Assembly: GCA_030704615.1 (NCBI GenBank)
Contig: CM060731.1
Location: 91,946,001-92,010,000 of the forward strand
Direction: 5' to 3'
Source: Takakia lepidozioides
Lineage: Eukaryota; Plantae; Bryophyta
DNA length: 64,000 nucleotides
Within the stretch, counting starts at the first letter, position 1, and the number at the start of each line of letters is the position of its first letter. Shown here one piece after another: positions 36,210 through 49,449 of this stretch. Both the position numbers and the translations under genes were made by a program. The notes beneath the pieces are model-generated. The model had not been told where the DNA came from and did no database searches. It worked only from the letters and a program-made list of their open reading frames with translations.

Positions 36210-38420
36210 TCGTGGCTTACATGCATGAGATCAGAGGCACGGGATGTGCCAGGTGTCCGGACATGCACAATGTTACCATTTGACATCTCCCACATTTTTG
36301 GTACCCCCATCCTCACAATGGTCTTCATAATCCGTTCCTTGCGGTTCACTTTGGCTGCCTTAGTCCGAAGCTTGTCAATTGCCTGGAGCAGCTTTAGTTC
36401 CTGCTTTTTTACCATCATCACAGACACCCCACACAATGGTTGAGAGACAGAGAGAGATTTACCCTACAACAGCTCTCCATAAACACTGCCAACATTGTTG
36501 CAGGGCACCTGCTCAGCTGACAGTGATCTGGCTGTCTACAGGGCTGATCTAAAGGGCTGGTATCACACTCACTTTGGTCACTACTAACGTAGCCTTCACC
36601 TTGTGGTTGCATTGCCTATCTTCTGAGACAACGGGTGGAAGTAGACAGAGGTCCTTCACCATTGGGTAACATCAATGATGAAGATAACTGCTCCTTTCCT
36701 ACCACTGGTCCAATTAGATGGGTACCCGTACTAGTGAAGATAACCTTGGATCCCAACCCTGCAGTGCAGTAACCAGCAATCCTGCTGCACAGTTTTGCCA
36801 ACTTGCACAAAACTAATAGTGCCATTTTTATCTTCTGCACCTAAAAGTGGGCATGTGCACATACACAACATTTGCTTTCCGTGTCCTTCAAAGTAGAGAC
36901 AAATGTGGTGGCACCCACCTTCAATAAAAGCTCTTTAATGGCATTGCTGCGGTCCATGCCTACAATCCCATTCTTGTTTATTGTTGTCAGCTCCTGGATG
37001 AAATTTAGACCACAAACACAAAAATCTCACCATGCCTGTCAGTTAGGCATGGTCACACTTGAGGGGGTGATGTCAGACACCACAGATGAAGATATAATCA
37101 AATGTTCAGAGGTGAAACAGATCGTTACTGGTATGTCTCTTATTGCTCACCAATCGAACTATGTATTTGTCGCTTCATATCTTTCTGTACAAATAGCTCT
37201 GCCAGACATCAGATTGAAACAAACTTCCCTGTGATAATTGTGTTGTTTGGTGGGGGAGGGGTGAGAAGAAGAAATAATTTGATACAACCACAGTAGGCAA
37301 GAGGGTCAATGGGACACACGATGACAGAAACCAAAGAGAAAAAAGAAGAAAATAAATTTATCATATACAGCCTAGAGAAAGAGAGATGACAAATTGTTAC
37401 CTTCATGTCAGACCCAGAGGAGGGCTCATAGAACACAGTGAGACAACACAGGAAAACTATTCAAACCAAGAACAAATCATACTCCAAACATTGCACAAAG
37501 ATGAAGAGAGAGGCTGACACAGAAGCCCATCAAAAACAAATACTACCCCCAAAGAGAATCACCCTGCATACATCCCGCATACATCAAGGAGAGGAACAAA
37601 GAAAAGAAAGGGGGAAACTTGCAAGCACCAGGTCTCAAGCTCCTGAAATAAAATCTCAAAGTCGGCTCCCGTGCGTGGATTCCTGCGTAGCGCTATCTCA
37701 TAATGCAAGTTGTTATCATGCTCCTCTTTCCTTTTCCTCTCCTGCTCAACCCAAAACTGTCTACACAGATAGGTACCCAGTCTGAACAGAGGTCTATTAC
37801 GAGATGTTGCAAAAGAACAGACGATTTATGAACAACCTATCTATAATACACGCTTGTAAATGCCTGAGGGGGGGACAATTTCTTTCAACTAGTTATTAGC
37901 AGCAAAGATGTAAACCAACCCATCTGCATTAGACTTCTTAATGTCAGTCTGACCCTCATGTTCGGTAGACTGTGTTTTCAGCTGCAAACTCAAAGTCAAA
38001 TGTGTAAATACGGGTTGGAGGTGAAATCCAATGCACCTGGAGTCATGGCATGCATTAGAAATGTGTACAGGTTTGGTCCATGGTGGAGGCAGAGGCTGCA
38101 ACACAAACCTCCTTCTTCTCTCTTGAATACTGTCGCATACGATCCGCAGTTCTTTCAGCAAGTGCCCGACGTGCATACTTTTGGATAACAGTGGCTGCCC
38201 TTCTTCGTTCTTCGTCCCATTGGTCTGAGTCCCTGTAGGGACCTGGAATTCTCGAGTAATCGTAACTCTCATCAATCGAGACTCCATTCCCATCCACCTG
38301 CTGTGAAGGCCTACTTCATCGTCTGCTTGTTCTGGCTCCTCATCTCTGATGTCTGTGTCTCTCGCGTAATCATAAGTGGCCTCTCCTGAGAGCCTCGTAT
38401 ACATAAGCCGCATCTCTGAT
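36210..38420 (-). pseudogene. IQUB/FAP253-like flagellar radial-spoke gene remnant
   Basis: RETQT motif; IQ motif AATVIQKYARRALAER; QELKLLQAIDKLR...PKMWEMSNGNIVHVRTPGTSRASDL. In-frame stop and frameshift near 38310. Confidence 0.65.
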
Positions 38421-38559
38421 CCTCGTAGATGAAATCTATCACGTCGACAAGTGACGGAAGGCCGGACAGCCTCTGGGACTGGGCGCCCGAACACAAAATG
38501 CCCCATGCAGGTCAGCATGAGACCGAGAAGAGAAGAAAGAAATCTTGTTCGATCAAGAA

Positions 38560-38715
38560 ATCTAACAAATGGAAAGTTACGGGCCCTGACACTCTGCTGG
38601 TCAATGTGGAGAGGGAGGGTGAGGGGGCCCGTGCCCTCTTAACTGTATATGTTGATCGAGAAGAAGAGGAAGAATTACCCTATCGGGGGGGTTATCGGGA
38701 CAGAAGAGTCGGTAA
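38560..38715 (+). pseudogene. Inverted N-terminal IQUB-like segment
   Basis: PDTLLVNVE...LTVYVDREEEEELPYRGGYRDRRVG resembles the KPY/FLGGYR motif that precedes RETQT in IQUB, but it is on the opposite strand. Confidence 0.5.
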
Positions 38716-38819
38716 TCAGCTGCTCTTTCTGTAGTACTCGCAGATTCACTTACCATGTGCATCAGATCTTGAAGTTCTTTCTTCCCATGTACTACAGTTT
38801 TCTTTCTACATGCACCGGA

Positions 38820-38980
38820 CCCAACCGGTGTATCGAAACTGAAGAACACTTCTTCTTTTCTTGCACTCTTTACTATGAGATCCGTGGGAGACTCAACTGT
38901 CTATTTCGTGAAACCTACTCTTTCGCAGAAGTCTTCCATTGTGAGGATCGGAAATGCTTATCTGCACGAAGCTTTGACCC
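38820..38980 (+). mobile_element. LINE ORF2 C-terminal Cys/His fragment
   Basis: IETEEHFFFSCTLYYEIRGRLNCLFRE. Confidence 0.6.
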
Positions 38981-41269
38981 TTAGGCAATCCCTGGAGCAG
39001 TAGTTGCTTTTGGGCTGCTTCTGGCTTCACTCTTTTTCCTTTTGTTGTCTTTCCTGTTTCTTGTTTACTTTTGTCCCATAAGCTCTTTGAGCTTTCTACG
39101 GACGTCATAAGGTTCCATTTCATTTCATTTCATTTGGGATACTGCAACTAGAGGTGACCCTGGACCCTCCTCCAAAGTCACTGAAACATGCTCTTGGACA
39201 TCGAGGGACAAAACAACGGGAGCTACTCGCAGACCTCTTTCAATGTCACTGTGACATGTTGGGGCAATTTTGACGTTGAAGGCGCCATATTTGTATTCCT
39301 TCTCGTACTTTAAGGTTCTGCATACTACAAAATGTCGTGGTTTCTGTCTTTCCTGAAAGAATATGTACTGCTGTCCAGGTTGGTCCTACACATTCCTCCA
39401 GTGTGTGTGATCGCACTCTCCTCCTCAAGTCAAAGGATTTGGTGCACTCAGTCGACAGTCTCTCTTTCACCACTACTTCGTTGAATAAACAGAACAGAAT
39501 TTGCTTCTTCTTCTTCTTGTTCTGAAATGAATCATTTACACACATGTTTCAGTCAGTCAAGCCTTCTCCCTCGCAGCTTGAGTAAAGTGAAGGCCACTAA
39601 CAGCATACTCTTAGGTGGCCATGAGAGACGCATCGATCTGCTACGTAACTGAATTTGTTGATGTTCTTCTGTAATCGTTAAATGAACTTGATATCTCGGG
39701 TGCGCGTAAGAAACTGCAAGTTCAGCCGAAGGAAATCACAAGTAGATTGTAGCTGTACCAATTTACATAGTCGCTATTCTGTCCCACGCATCGTGTATCT
39801 CGCTCCAACAAAACTTAACGGGCATCATTCTTCACAAGAGACACTGTATGCAATCCCTCCGCATTTCCACAATCTCTTAGAACTTGTCGTTAATTTCATA
39901 AAACCATGTCTGCCAAAAAAGATGAAATCCCCTCCAAGTATGCGTTCTCCTGGAAAGACTTGATGAAACATAACTTGAAGAATTTTAGAGAAGCACCCTC
40001 CAAAGCTGCCGTTTGAAGAATTCCCAGTAACGAGAATGTCAGTCGAAGGCCATGAAGGCCACGCCATTCTTACTGGACAATACGAGAGCTTGGTGCCAAC
40101 CCAAAGAAATGATGCATGGAGTTGGGCTATTGCCATTGCTTCTGATCATAAGATTCACAAATTTACATGGTTCATCCTTCTCACTCAAATCAATGGTCGA
40201 GATTGCAACACCTGAAGTTTTCTGGACTAGTTTGTTATAACCACCTATCTCTTCATGCTTTTTGTTTGCCTCTTCACGAAAGTTCTATCTGTTCGCTGTA
40301 AGAGCGGCCTTCCATGTACCCGGCCCACCGTTTAAGGGAGGAAACGACAAAATTGGCCGGGTACACATATCGCTTCCATGCATGGGGCGGCAGGGCCCGG
40401 TCGCCGAGCTAGCGCGTTTGGAGCGCACCCGGATAAAATGGGAAGGGAGCTCCGCAGCCCAGTCTCGCAAATTGAACTTACCTGCCACGTCACACTAAGG
40501 TCACGCTTACCCTGTAGTATCCTCTACCACCTCACGGTAAAGGCCAAAAAGAGCACGATCGCCGAGCTCCACATGATTGTGGAAAAGCGCTCAAGAACTC
40601 GGCTATTTTCCCCAAACGCTCGGCAAACTCCTTCTTTTGCGGGCCGGGCTCCTCCCACATGGAAGGACGCTCTAAGTTTCTAGTATCTGAGACCATCCTT
40701 TCTGTTCTTCTTCTGCCTCTTGAAATCTAGAAAGACACATCGCCTAGCCAATGAAATCTAGAAGCTCTCACATGGAGAAGTCCAGCCGTGCATTATATCA
40801 CGGGTCAAAGAACAGTGATCCGCAAATTTATTGTTGTTACTGATAGTAATATTTATGGCTCTTCATCATATGTCGTCCCTGACACCCCCCTTCATCCTAC
40901 GCAACACATGTGGCAAATGATCTCTAGGACACAATAGAATTAGGACAAATTTAAAGAATAGCAGTAAAGACCATTCCTGAAACAAGCTTGGTGTACATAG
41001 CACTACTGTCGTGTGAGCAACTTCATGTCCACAAGTGCAGCCACATGGGTGTCAAACAGAAAGCATGTTGACAGTCTTGCCTATCGCATCCATTGATGTG
41101 TACCCTGCTACACCTAATAAGTCTGCCAGCGAAGCTAAGATTGGAAAAAGATAAGGCCACTACCACTATTGCCAACTGCAAAAAGCAGCACATCTATGCC
41201 CTGCAGCCTCTGCAGGAAGGATTAGAACAAATCACAAACACAACAGTAATGACCAAAACAACGTCGCTG

Positions 41270-41794
41270 GTGAATTCTCAGCCGAGGTCCACATCAACAT
41301 TGGAGTCAAACAGGGCTGCCCCTTTCACCTACCCTGTCATCTTGTCTAAAGATGGTCTTGGCACCCTAGCCGACATTGTCATTGCCGACCCTACCCTATC
41401 CAACCTACTTTCACGTTCAACATCCTCCCAGGGCTCCGCGGCTTTGGTTGTTGCTCAAGTCAAGGAATGCGACTATCGAGACAGACATCCTACTGACACT
41501 TTCATCCCCTTAGTTGCGGAGGTATTCGGCTGTCTCCATCGCCAATTTGACGACCTACTCCGTTCATGTGCCCATCAAGCGGCTCAAAACAAGACCACGA
41601 GCATTCCATATGCATTTATTCTTGTGACCTTTCATAGACACAAAAATGCCGTTGCGTTACAGAGAGCTCAGACATTGGCCATATTACATTGGGTCGACGT
41701 AGCTGGACCAGCTTCATCCCACGGCCCAACTCTCCCGGACGTTATGCCCATGTTGCCCTCCGACCTACTTCAGGCAGTAGGTTGGGATGACTGA
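41270..41794 (+). mobile_element. Non-LTR retrotransposon fragments (RT motif plus restriction-like endonuclease C-terminus)
   Basis: NIGVKQGCP at ~41300 in an alternative frame, joined to LADIVIADPT...KECDYRDRHPTDTFIPLVAEVFGCLH. Confidence 0.6.
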
Positions 41795-43799
41795 ACAGTT
41801 TGAATAGTTTAGTTTAGCTTGCTTCCATTTCCTCCCTTCTTTCCCAAGTTTGGGGTTTTTCTATCATATGTTCAAATACCTCATGTTTCCTATAAATAAA
41901 GCTGTACATGATAAATGACCACGTTCCCATAGAATTCACATTCCGATTAAAACATTCGAACGTTACAAATCCGAGGCAACTAAATTTCTCGCTGACCTAA
42001 ACGGGGAGTGAAGACCACTCAAGATTACATACTGACGATCAAAACATGTTGAAGAGGTCAAGAAACATACCCGGAGGGCAGCGACAGGGCACGAGAATTA
42101 AGATCAAAATAACGACAGGAGGAGATGATGGAAATAGACGCTTCCGCGGGATCGCCCCCAGCTGAAAGTATAGTGTGGCCGTTTGAGAAGCACGTGCTAG
42201 TGCTAAAGGGATATCAGACTCAGTTAGAGCAGTTGGAGTTGGCAAAAAGGAACTGGGAAGTACTATACAAGGATTACAAAAAAATGGGGAAGGAGAATAA
42301 AGAGCTGGATCAAAGCAAACAAATGTACAAAAAAAAAAACGGGCGCTAAGGAGAAGATTGCCTATAGCGGGTGGAACGAATACAGGAGACACTGGCCGAA
42401 ATGAGTAAGCAGGCCAAGGAAACCTCGGTCAGGTACGAAGAAAGGATAGAGAAGTACAAAGTCACGCTTGAGGGCACGGGGGAAGGCATGGGTGAGGCGA
42501 GTCAGCTACACAAGAAGGAGGAGGAAACTAAGAAGCCCCCGAGAACAGATGTACAGAATGCAAGAGAATTTGCAAGAAGTAAGGAGTCAGTTGCGAACAA
42601 AGGGCGCACTGTCGTTGGCCCGCAACACTCGTCATCTTACGAGCAGAAGTACTCAGCGGGGAAAGCCAACGAGCCAGTACGGAGCTCAAAGTGGAACAGT
42701 TCTTGAGCCCTCGGCCCTCCCCGCACGTGGCCATCCGAAGAGACGACTACACCCAAAAACCCGAGGGCTGAAGGGCCACATAACTTTAGTCACTAATAAG
42801 TCACCAAAACCCCCTTTGCCATTGGCCTTAAATTTAACCACTAAGTTCAAAGTACTCTTTTTCAATATTCCCCTTCTTTTATATACCCATACCCCCAATT
42901 CTCTTTTTTCGTTCCCCGCCTGTAACTTACCTTCCTTTTGGGTCTTTTTTTTCATTTACTCCCCCGACCTTTGTACCTTTTCTTATAAATACAGCTAACA
43001 AAACTTGCTCCTATATTAAATTTAACATATTTGTAACCCCTAACCCCCTCTTTTACTGTTTGTAATTTTACTTTTCGAGTGAATCATTTAAAACATTGTC
43101 CTAGTATGTATTCCAGTAGTTTTTTGTATTATATCCCTTTTCATTTAAAAATGCGAGAATGCAATGTCGTGCAAATTAATTGAGCTATCTATTTTGCCCT
43201 CGATAAAACTTGCTGTGGATTCTCCCTTTGAACATAATCAGTCATCCAAGAAGGAAAGTACTGCCTTGTCAGCCCTGTTTTGCCTTTTTCACCCCTGAAG
43301 TCACAGGTTTCCACTCTATGCATGTAGTTACGAGGTATAGTTTCTGGTGGAACCAGAACTTCCACCCTCTGGAAAAAATGAGTTTCTGGTTTGCTGGCAC
43401 TATTTTTCATCCACCGACAACTGAAGAATTGCCCACAATGAAAGGAGAACAGCTTCTCCGTCCAATTAAAAACAAAGATTTCGTTGAGAAACCCCCTCCC
43501 AAAAAGGGCTCCGACACTGCAGCCTTTGCGGGCGCCTGTTGGAGCACAAAACAGACTCCACAAATACAACCAGAGTGCCATAAATTCTTTGAGAAATGAA
43601 ATCTTAGAAGCATTGCACCAACCACCCACAAGAAACCCTGGAATGGTTGATAGCCACCGTGTACAAAAATATCCGGGCGCAGTACCTTAGCACATATCTT
43701 TTGGATGATTTGGTTATGTTTGCAGCACCCCCACCAACTGGAGAGATTCCCATGATGATCCCGCAAAGACCTCAGAGAGGTTGTGTTGGAGCCCAAAAA

Positions 43800-45264
43800 C
43801 ATGGCCAGCTTCTCATTTGTGGTGAGCAAAGAGATTTCTTTAAGCTCTTCCTCAACATCATGCAATGCAAAGCGGGCTTCACCCCTTCGCACATCATTTG
43901 CTCATAGGTCTCCAAGCCTCCATCCCGCGCCCTTGCTGTGCATATCCTGCAATCATCGCACTCCACGATAGCGCATCTTGTTCAGCCATACCGTTGAACA
44001 CTCCCTTCCATACATGTCCACGAGGGTATTGTGTCAGAGTGACATTTGATACAATTGCAAATCTGACAATGTCGCCATGGTCCTCTTTGCCCTTTTCCAG
44101 AGCTGACAGGCTTGCACACACATGCAAATGTACACAAACGTGATGTGGTCGGGCTTCACCCCTTCCCCCATCATTTGATCATAGGTCTCCAAAGCCTCCA
44201 TACCACGTCCCTGCTGTGCATACCCTGCAAGCACCGGCACTCCACGACACCACACCTCGTTCAGCCATGGAAACTCCCTTCGCATCCTTAATGCACCCAC
44301 ATTTGGCATACATGTCCACCAGGGGAGTGTTCAGAATGACATCTGGTACAATTCCAGCTTTGACAATGTCACCATGGACCTCTTTCCCCTTTTCCAGATC
44401 TCGCAGGCTTGGACACGCATTGCATCCTGCCAACATTATATTCCACGTGATCAAAGATCGTTGAGGCATTCTGTTGAACACTTGGTGAGCATCAATGATG
44501 CTCCCGCACATAACATACATGTTGACAAGGGTGTTGAGTAGAAAAACATTGTGGACTCCCTCTCTTGATCCTCTTTCAGAAGCTGTGGGCATGGTTGAGG
44601 TGCCTGATTTTATCAACTGTGCGCCTGCAGTTGCTGCCTTTAGTTGACCATCTACCCATGCAGGTTTCTTGTAGCTACTGACCCCCACATGGAATCAAGG
44701 TAATCTGGAGCTTGAAGTCCAGCCCTCTTGGATGAATCTGGACCCACACTCTATCCATGCTCATTCAGGAAAAAACAGGGAAAAACTTTGATAACAGGGA
44801 AAAACAGGCTGAAATGTGTTGAAGAAGGTTGTCGTGCGCATACTTGGATACGCATTGCATCCTGCCAACATTATATTCCACGTGATCAAAGATCGTTGAG
44901 GCATTATGTTGAGCACTTGGTGAGCATCAATGATGCTCCCGCACATAACATACATGTTGACAAAGGTGTTGAGTAGAAAAACATTGTGGACTCCCTCTCT
45001 TGATCCTCTTTCAGAAGCTGTGGTCATGGTTGAGGTGCCTGATTTTATCAACTGTGCCGCTGCAGTTGCTGCCTTTAGTTGACCATCTACCCATGCAGGT
45101 TTCTTGTAGCTACTGACCCCCACATGGAATCAAGGTAATCTGGAGCTTGAAGTCCAGCCCTCTTGGATGAATCTGGACCCACACTCTATCCATGCTCATT
45201 CAGGAAAAAACAGGGAAAAACTTTGATAACAGGGAAAAACAGGCTGAAATGTGTTGAAGAAGGT
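43800..45264 (-). pseudogene. PLS-class PPR gene fragments with a 435-bp tandem duplication
   Basis: LVDMYAKCG, SWSAMIAGYAQQG, EGVKPDHITFV, LEKGKEVHGDI. 44408-44843 is repeated at 44843-45278. Confidence 0.85.
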
Positions 45265-46059
45265 TGTCGTGCGCATACATATCGCTACACAACTATATCG
45301 CTGTCCAAACCACACCACACATATATGCACAATAAAGTAGTCTGCCACAATGATAGAAAACCAACGAACACACTGTTTACACAAAACATGAAAACCAAAC
45401 CATCACTCTTAGAAATAGTAGTCGAACCAGGGGCACCCCAAGCTATGGGGACTCCACCCCACAACAACCTGTACCCCTACATAAGCACACTCAAATCTAA
45501 CCGCATGTAGGAGCTTGGTCGCGCAGGCTCAACTCGAGAAAGATGAGCCGCGCGACTGCCGCTCTCGTGAGATAAGACGGACCAGGTGTCAAACTAAACT
45601 TGACATCTGATTTAACACTTGACCTAAATCCAAGTGTTAAATACAAATAACTAGTTTTATTCTAGCTGTTTTCACACTGTGCTTATTTAACTTGACAGCT
45701 GTCGTGCGCATACATATCGCTACACAACTACATCGCTGTCCAAACCACACCACACATATATGCACAATAAAGTAGTCTGCCACAATCGCCCCCCTAGCTG
45801 GTGGATAGGTCCCTCTACCTCCAGAAGAGATGTGATATAGCTGACACAAAAAACAGAAAGCCGTACTAACTAGCTGGTTTCCTCTATCACTGGCTCCCTA
45901 TTGTACTCAACTCTATAGACCAAGGGGCCGGGTACAAGAGTAGCCCCATCGCTTAGTCGCCGTCTTGCAATATTTGCACTTAGCTTGATCCAGGAGCTCA
46001 GGGGGTTGTTCAAGGTCGGGTCCTATGTAGCTGGGCCTTACGTTGCTTTGTTAGCTTCC

Positions 46060-46230
46060 ATGGTTGGATCCACTCCACATCCAATTCAATGTGGACATAA
46101 ACCAATCCCCATCTGGAACCATCTCAAGAGGTGGAGTCAAGCATCCCATATGCCAACCTCAGACATCGTCGCGACACCACATGGTGGCTGCCCCTTGAGC
46201 AGACCCGCCACACATGCACCTCAAACCTAC
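46060..46230 (-). other. PHD finger at the C-terminus of the Gypsy polyprotein (frameshifted)
   Basis: GWHMGCLTPPLEMVPDGDWF. Confidence 0.7.
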
Positions 46231-46299
46231 GGATATACCACTTCCTGTTTGGGTCAATCCTTGCCATCGACATTCGGAAATTTGAACATGGTGCACAAT

Positions 46300-47420
46300 T
46301 ACTCACATTGTCCTTCCAATTTATGCCATCCACGACCCTCCAAGACCAAGACGCCTGAGGGCAATACCTCTCGAACCCTCAAAATAACACGTCCTTCTTC
46401 AGTCACAGTCCAGGGTCGTAGGAGCAGTCTGCTGCAGATAGACATAGTCACCAGGGTTGAATCTCCGAACCCCAGGACGATACCCCCACCACCACTTATG
46501 TAGGAATACCTCAACGTATCACGGTGTTGTGCAATGGCAAGGTTTCTCGAAAAGCCATGGGCATGACTTCTCTGAACAACTCTCAACGCTGCTCACATGC
46601 ACGTGCCCACCACACGTCCGGATCGTCAAGGTTAAGAACTGTAGCAGCTTCTCTGCAAATGGATGTAGGCAAATCCGGCTCTCGGCCAAAGAGAAAAAGT
46701 ATGGTGAGAAGGAGGCAAGTGATGCTTGCTTGCTGAACCTGTAGCCCATGGCTAACCAGGGTAACTGAAGGTCCCAATCTCCTAGGTGTCCCGTCTGCAA
46801 GCCATAACTTGCGCAAACCCCTCTTTACTGTCTGAACAACTCTCTCTGCCAGCCATCGCCTCAGGATGATCCCGAGAAGTGGTGCGGTGGTCTATCAAGG
46901 CCTTGTCACACAAAGCCTGAAACTCCCCCAAGAACTCTCTCCCTGGTCCGTGAGTACCCCCGTCAGTTGGAGCCCGAATCGGCTAAGCACACAATCGGGA
47001 ATGCATACGCAGAAGTGCTCCACCATCACCAACACGTACTTGTTGTGGCGCATGGTCATGTGGCAAACGGCCCGCGAGTCAAGACTCCACCTGTAGCCCA
47101 ATCCCATGATCGGAAGAGGGGCAATTGTGGAGTAGGGGCGTTGAATGAAGCACACCACCCTGTCACCACCAGGCACCTAGCCACAAATTGTTGCAACCCT
47201 CTTGTGCATACCACGCCACCAATACTACGCCCCTGCAGTAGACTATGAGTGCTTCGCACCCCAAAATGCCCCACTCCTCATGGGCATGCCGCACTAACCG
47301 TGGCCCGCTGTTTTGGGTGAGGCACAATCCTCACTCGACCATCCTCCCACACTCGGAGCAGGTGTGTCCCCTCCCACCTGAACCTCTTGGCTCGTTGTAG
47401 GAATCCGATCCCTCTCCTTG
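46300..47420 (-). pseudogene. Gypsy integrase (frameshifted)
   Basis: GHFGVRSTHSLL, GLGYRWSLD, KYVLVMVEHF, VLTDQG, HRTTSRDHP, AMGYRFSKQASLASFSPY. Confidence 0.8.
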
Positions 47421-47689
47421 GCAGTCACAGTGGCTGCCGTGTCTCCAGTGCGGAGGTAGTCCACACACACAACTGAATCCTCATGTATATCTTTGGCGCT
47501 ACTTGCTCATTGCTGGCCTCAGGGTCCTCACACTTGATCTACAGTCATCTCCCTGTTGCAGGTCCAACCTGGCCTTCCGCTGCCAAGATACACAGAAATG
47601 CAGATGCATGCCATCCGGCACCATCTCCTCGTCCGTCTCACCACCCATGCCACCGAGCTCCAGTGTCATCCTGTTGGCTCGTGCATGGA

Positions 47690-49060
47690 TTGCGACTCAA
47701 CCCATCTGCATTGCGATTGACCAAACCCGGTCGATGCACCACCTGAAAGTCATACTCTTGAAGGATGAGGTGCCCACCGTGCAAGCTTCCCGTAAGCTTG
47801 TCTGACTCCATCACAACCCTTTGAGTGGTTTGGTGATCCGTGACAAGGGTGAAGAGATTGCCGTATAGATAGCACCTGAAGTGTGCCACGGCCCACACTG
47901 CAGCTAAGCATTCTCCCTCATATGAGCTATACTTAGACTCTGCAGCATTGTTCGAGCGGCTAGCATAAGCCACTACGAACTCTCTTCCCTCATCATCCAC
48001 CTGTGTGAGCACTGCTCCAAGCCCCAACATGCTCCAATATGTATGGAGCTGAAAGGACGCCCCCTGATAGGTGTCGTCTCAAGATGGGCGCCGAGGTCAA
48101 CCTCGCCTTGAACTCTTAAAAAGCTTGTTCTTTCTTGCTCATTCCCACGCCACTCCTGGTCCACCTTGGTCAGCTTGGTTAGAGCCTTTGCAATGGCACT
48201 GAATCCCTTAACAAACCGTCTGTAATAGTTTGCTAAACCCCATGAAAGCTCGACCACTCGGCTCACATCCGTGGGGCCGTGGAACCTGTGCATGGCCTCT
48301 ACCTTTGTCTGCTGTACCCCCCATCCTCCAGTTATATCATGTGACCTAGATACTCAATCTGGTTGTGGAAAAACTTGCACTTGCCCGGATGTAACTTCAA
48401 TCCGTGCGTCCTTAATCGCTCAAATACCCCCTGAAGGGTCTCTCATGCTCCTCCAGCCCCGTAGCACTAAAGATGATGATGTCATCTATGTAGCACCGAG
48501 CAAACTCCACCCCTCTAGAATCCTGTCCATGACTCTTTGAAACTCAGCGGGAGCGTTTTTAAGCCCAAATGGTAAGAACCCCCACTGGTATAGCAATCCT
48601 TCTCGTGCTCATTGATCCCCCAGAATGCCGTCTTTTGCTTATCCGCCTCCTTGATCGGCAACTGGTGATATCCGGATCGTAAATCCAACGTGCTAAAGAC
48701 CTTGGAATGCCCAATGGCATCAAAGATCTCCTCTGGTGTTGGCATGGCATACCTATCGGACTTGGTCTGACGATTTATAGTCCGGTAATCACCGCACATA
48801 CGTCTCTCCGTCCAATTGCCATAGACATCCTTCTTAGCTGGCATCACTGTGGCTGAAGCATACTCTCCACCAGAGAGCTCCACCAAACCTCCTCCCCCAG
48901 AGATCTTGAGTCCTCATCTGAATCAAAGACCTCTCCATGTCACTGTATCTATAGGGTCTCCGAAAGATTGGCGTGTCAGTGGCCAACTCAATACGGATCT
49001 CTTGACCCTTCAGTGCTCCCAAGTCCTTCAAACTGAAGGCAAAGCAATTCCTGTAAGCCC
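47690..49060 (-). pseudogene. Gypsy reverse transcriptase and RNase H (frameshifted)
   Basis: RRMCGDYRTIN, FSTLDLRSGYHQ, YIDDII, GLANYYRRFVKGFS, GLGAVLTQ, YEGECLAAVWAV, LVTDH, NADGLSR. Confidence 0.9.
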
Positions 49061-49449
49061 TCAGGAACTGCCAGATACGTCGTCTCTCTCCTCCGGTGAT
49101 AATGGGTCCAATGTCAGGCTCCCAATTGTCCTCCGTAACTGCAACCTTAAGTCCAGTGGGCTTAGAGGTAGAGGACGCGTCCCGTGGTTGCTATGCTGCA
49201 ACCTCTTGAGCAGTACCCCCCTTCCTGCTCAGTCAATGACAAGGCCTCATCCTGCCCCCATCATCTCATCATTGAGAACCTCCTCACCCGAGAAAAATCC
49301 CCAACCTCATCCATCACAGCTGCCTTGGCTGCCAACTCCCTTTGGACCTCGAGCACCTCCCACTTGTGCCATGGATGTCTACACCCCGTGGTCCTCACCG
49401 GCTCGCCCCCACTTGCTGCCTGTACCATCTCTGTAGGCAGAGAGACCAT

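Noticed and set aside
39246-40683. Short ORFs at 39-40.7 kb, and also at 42-43.7 kb and 60.4-61 kb
   Set aside because: No supportable domain motif was found.
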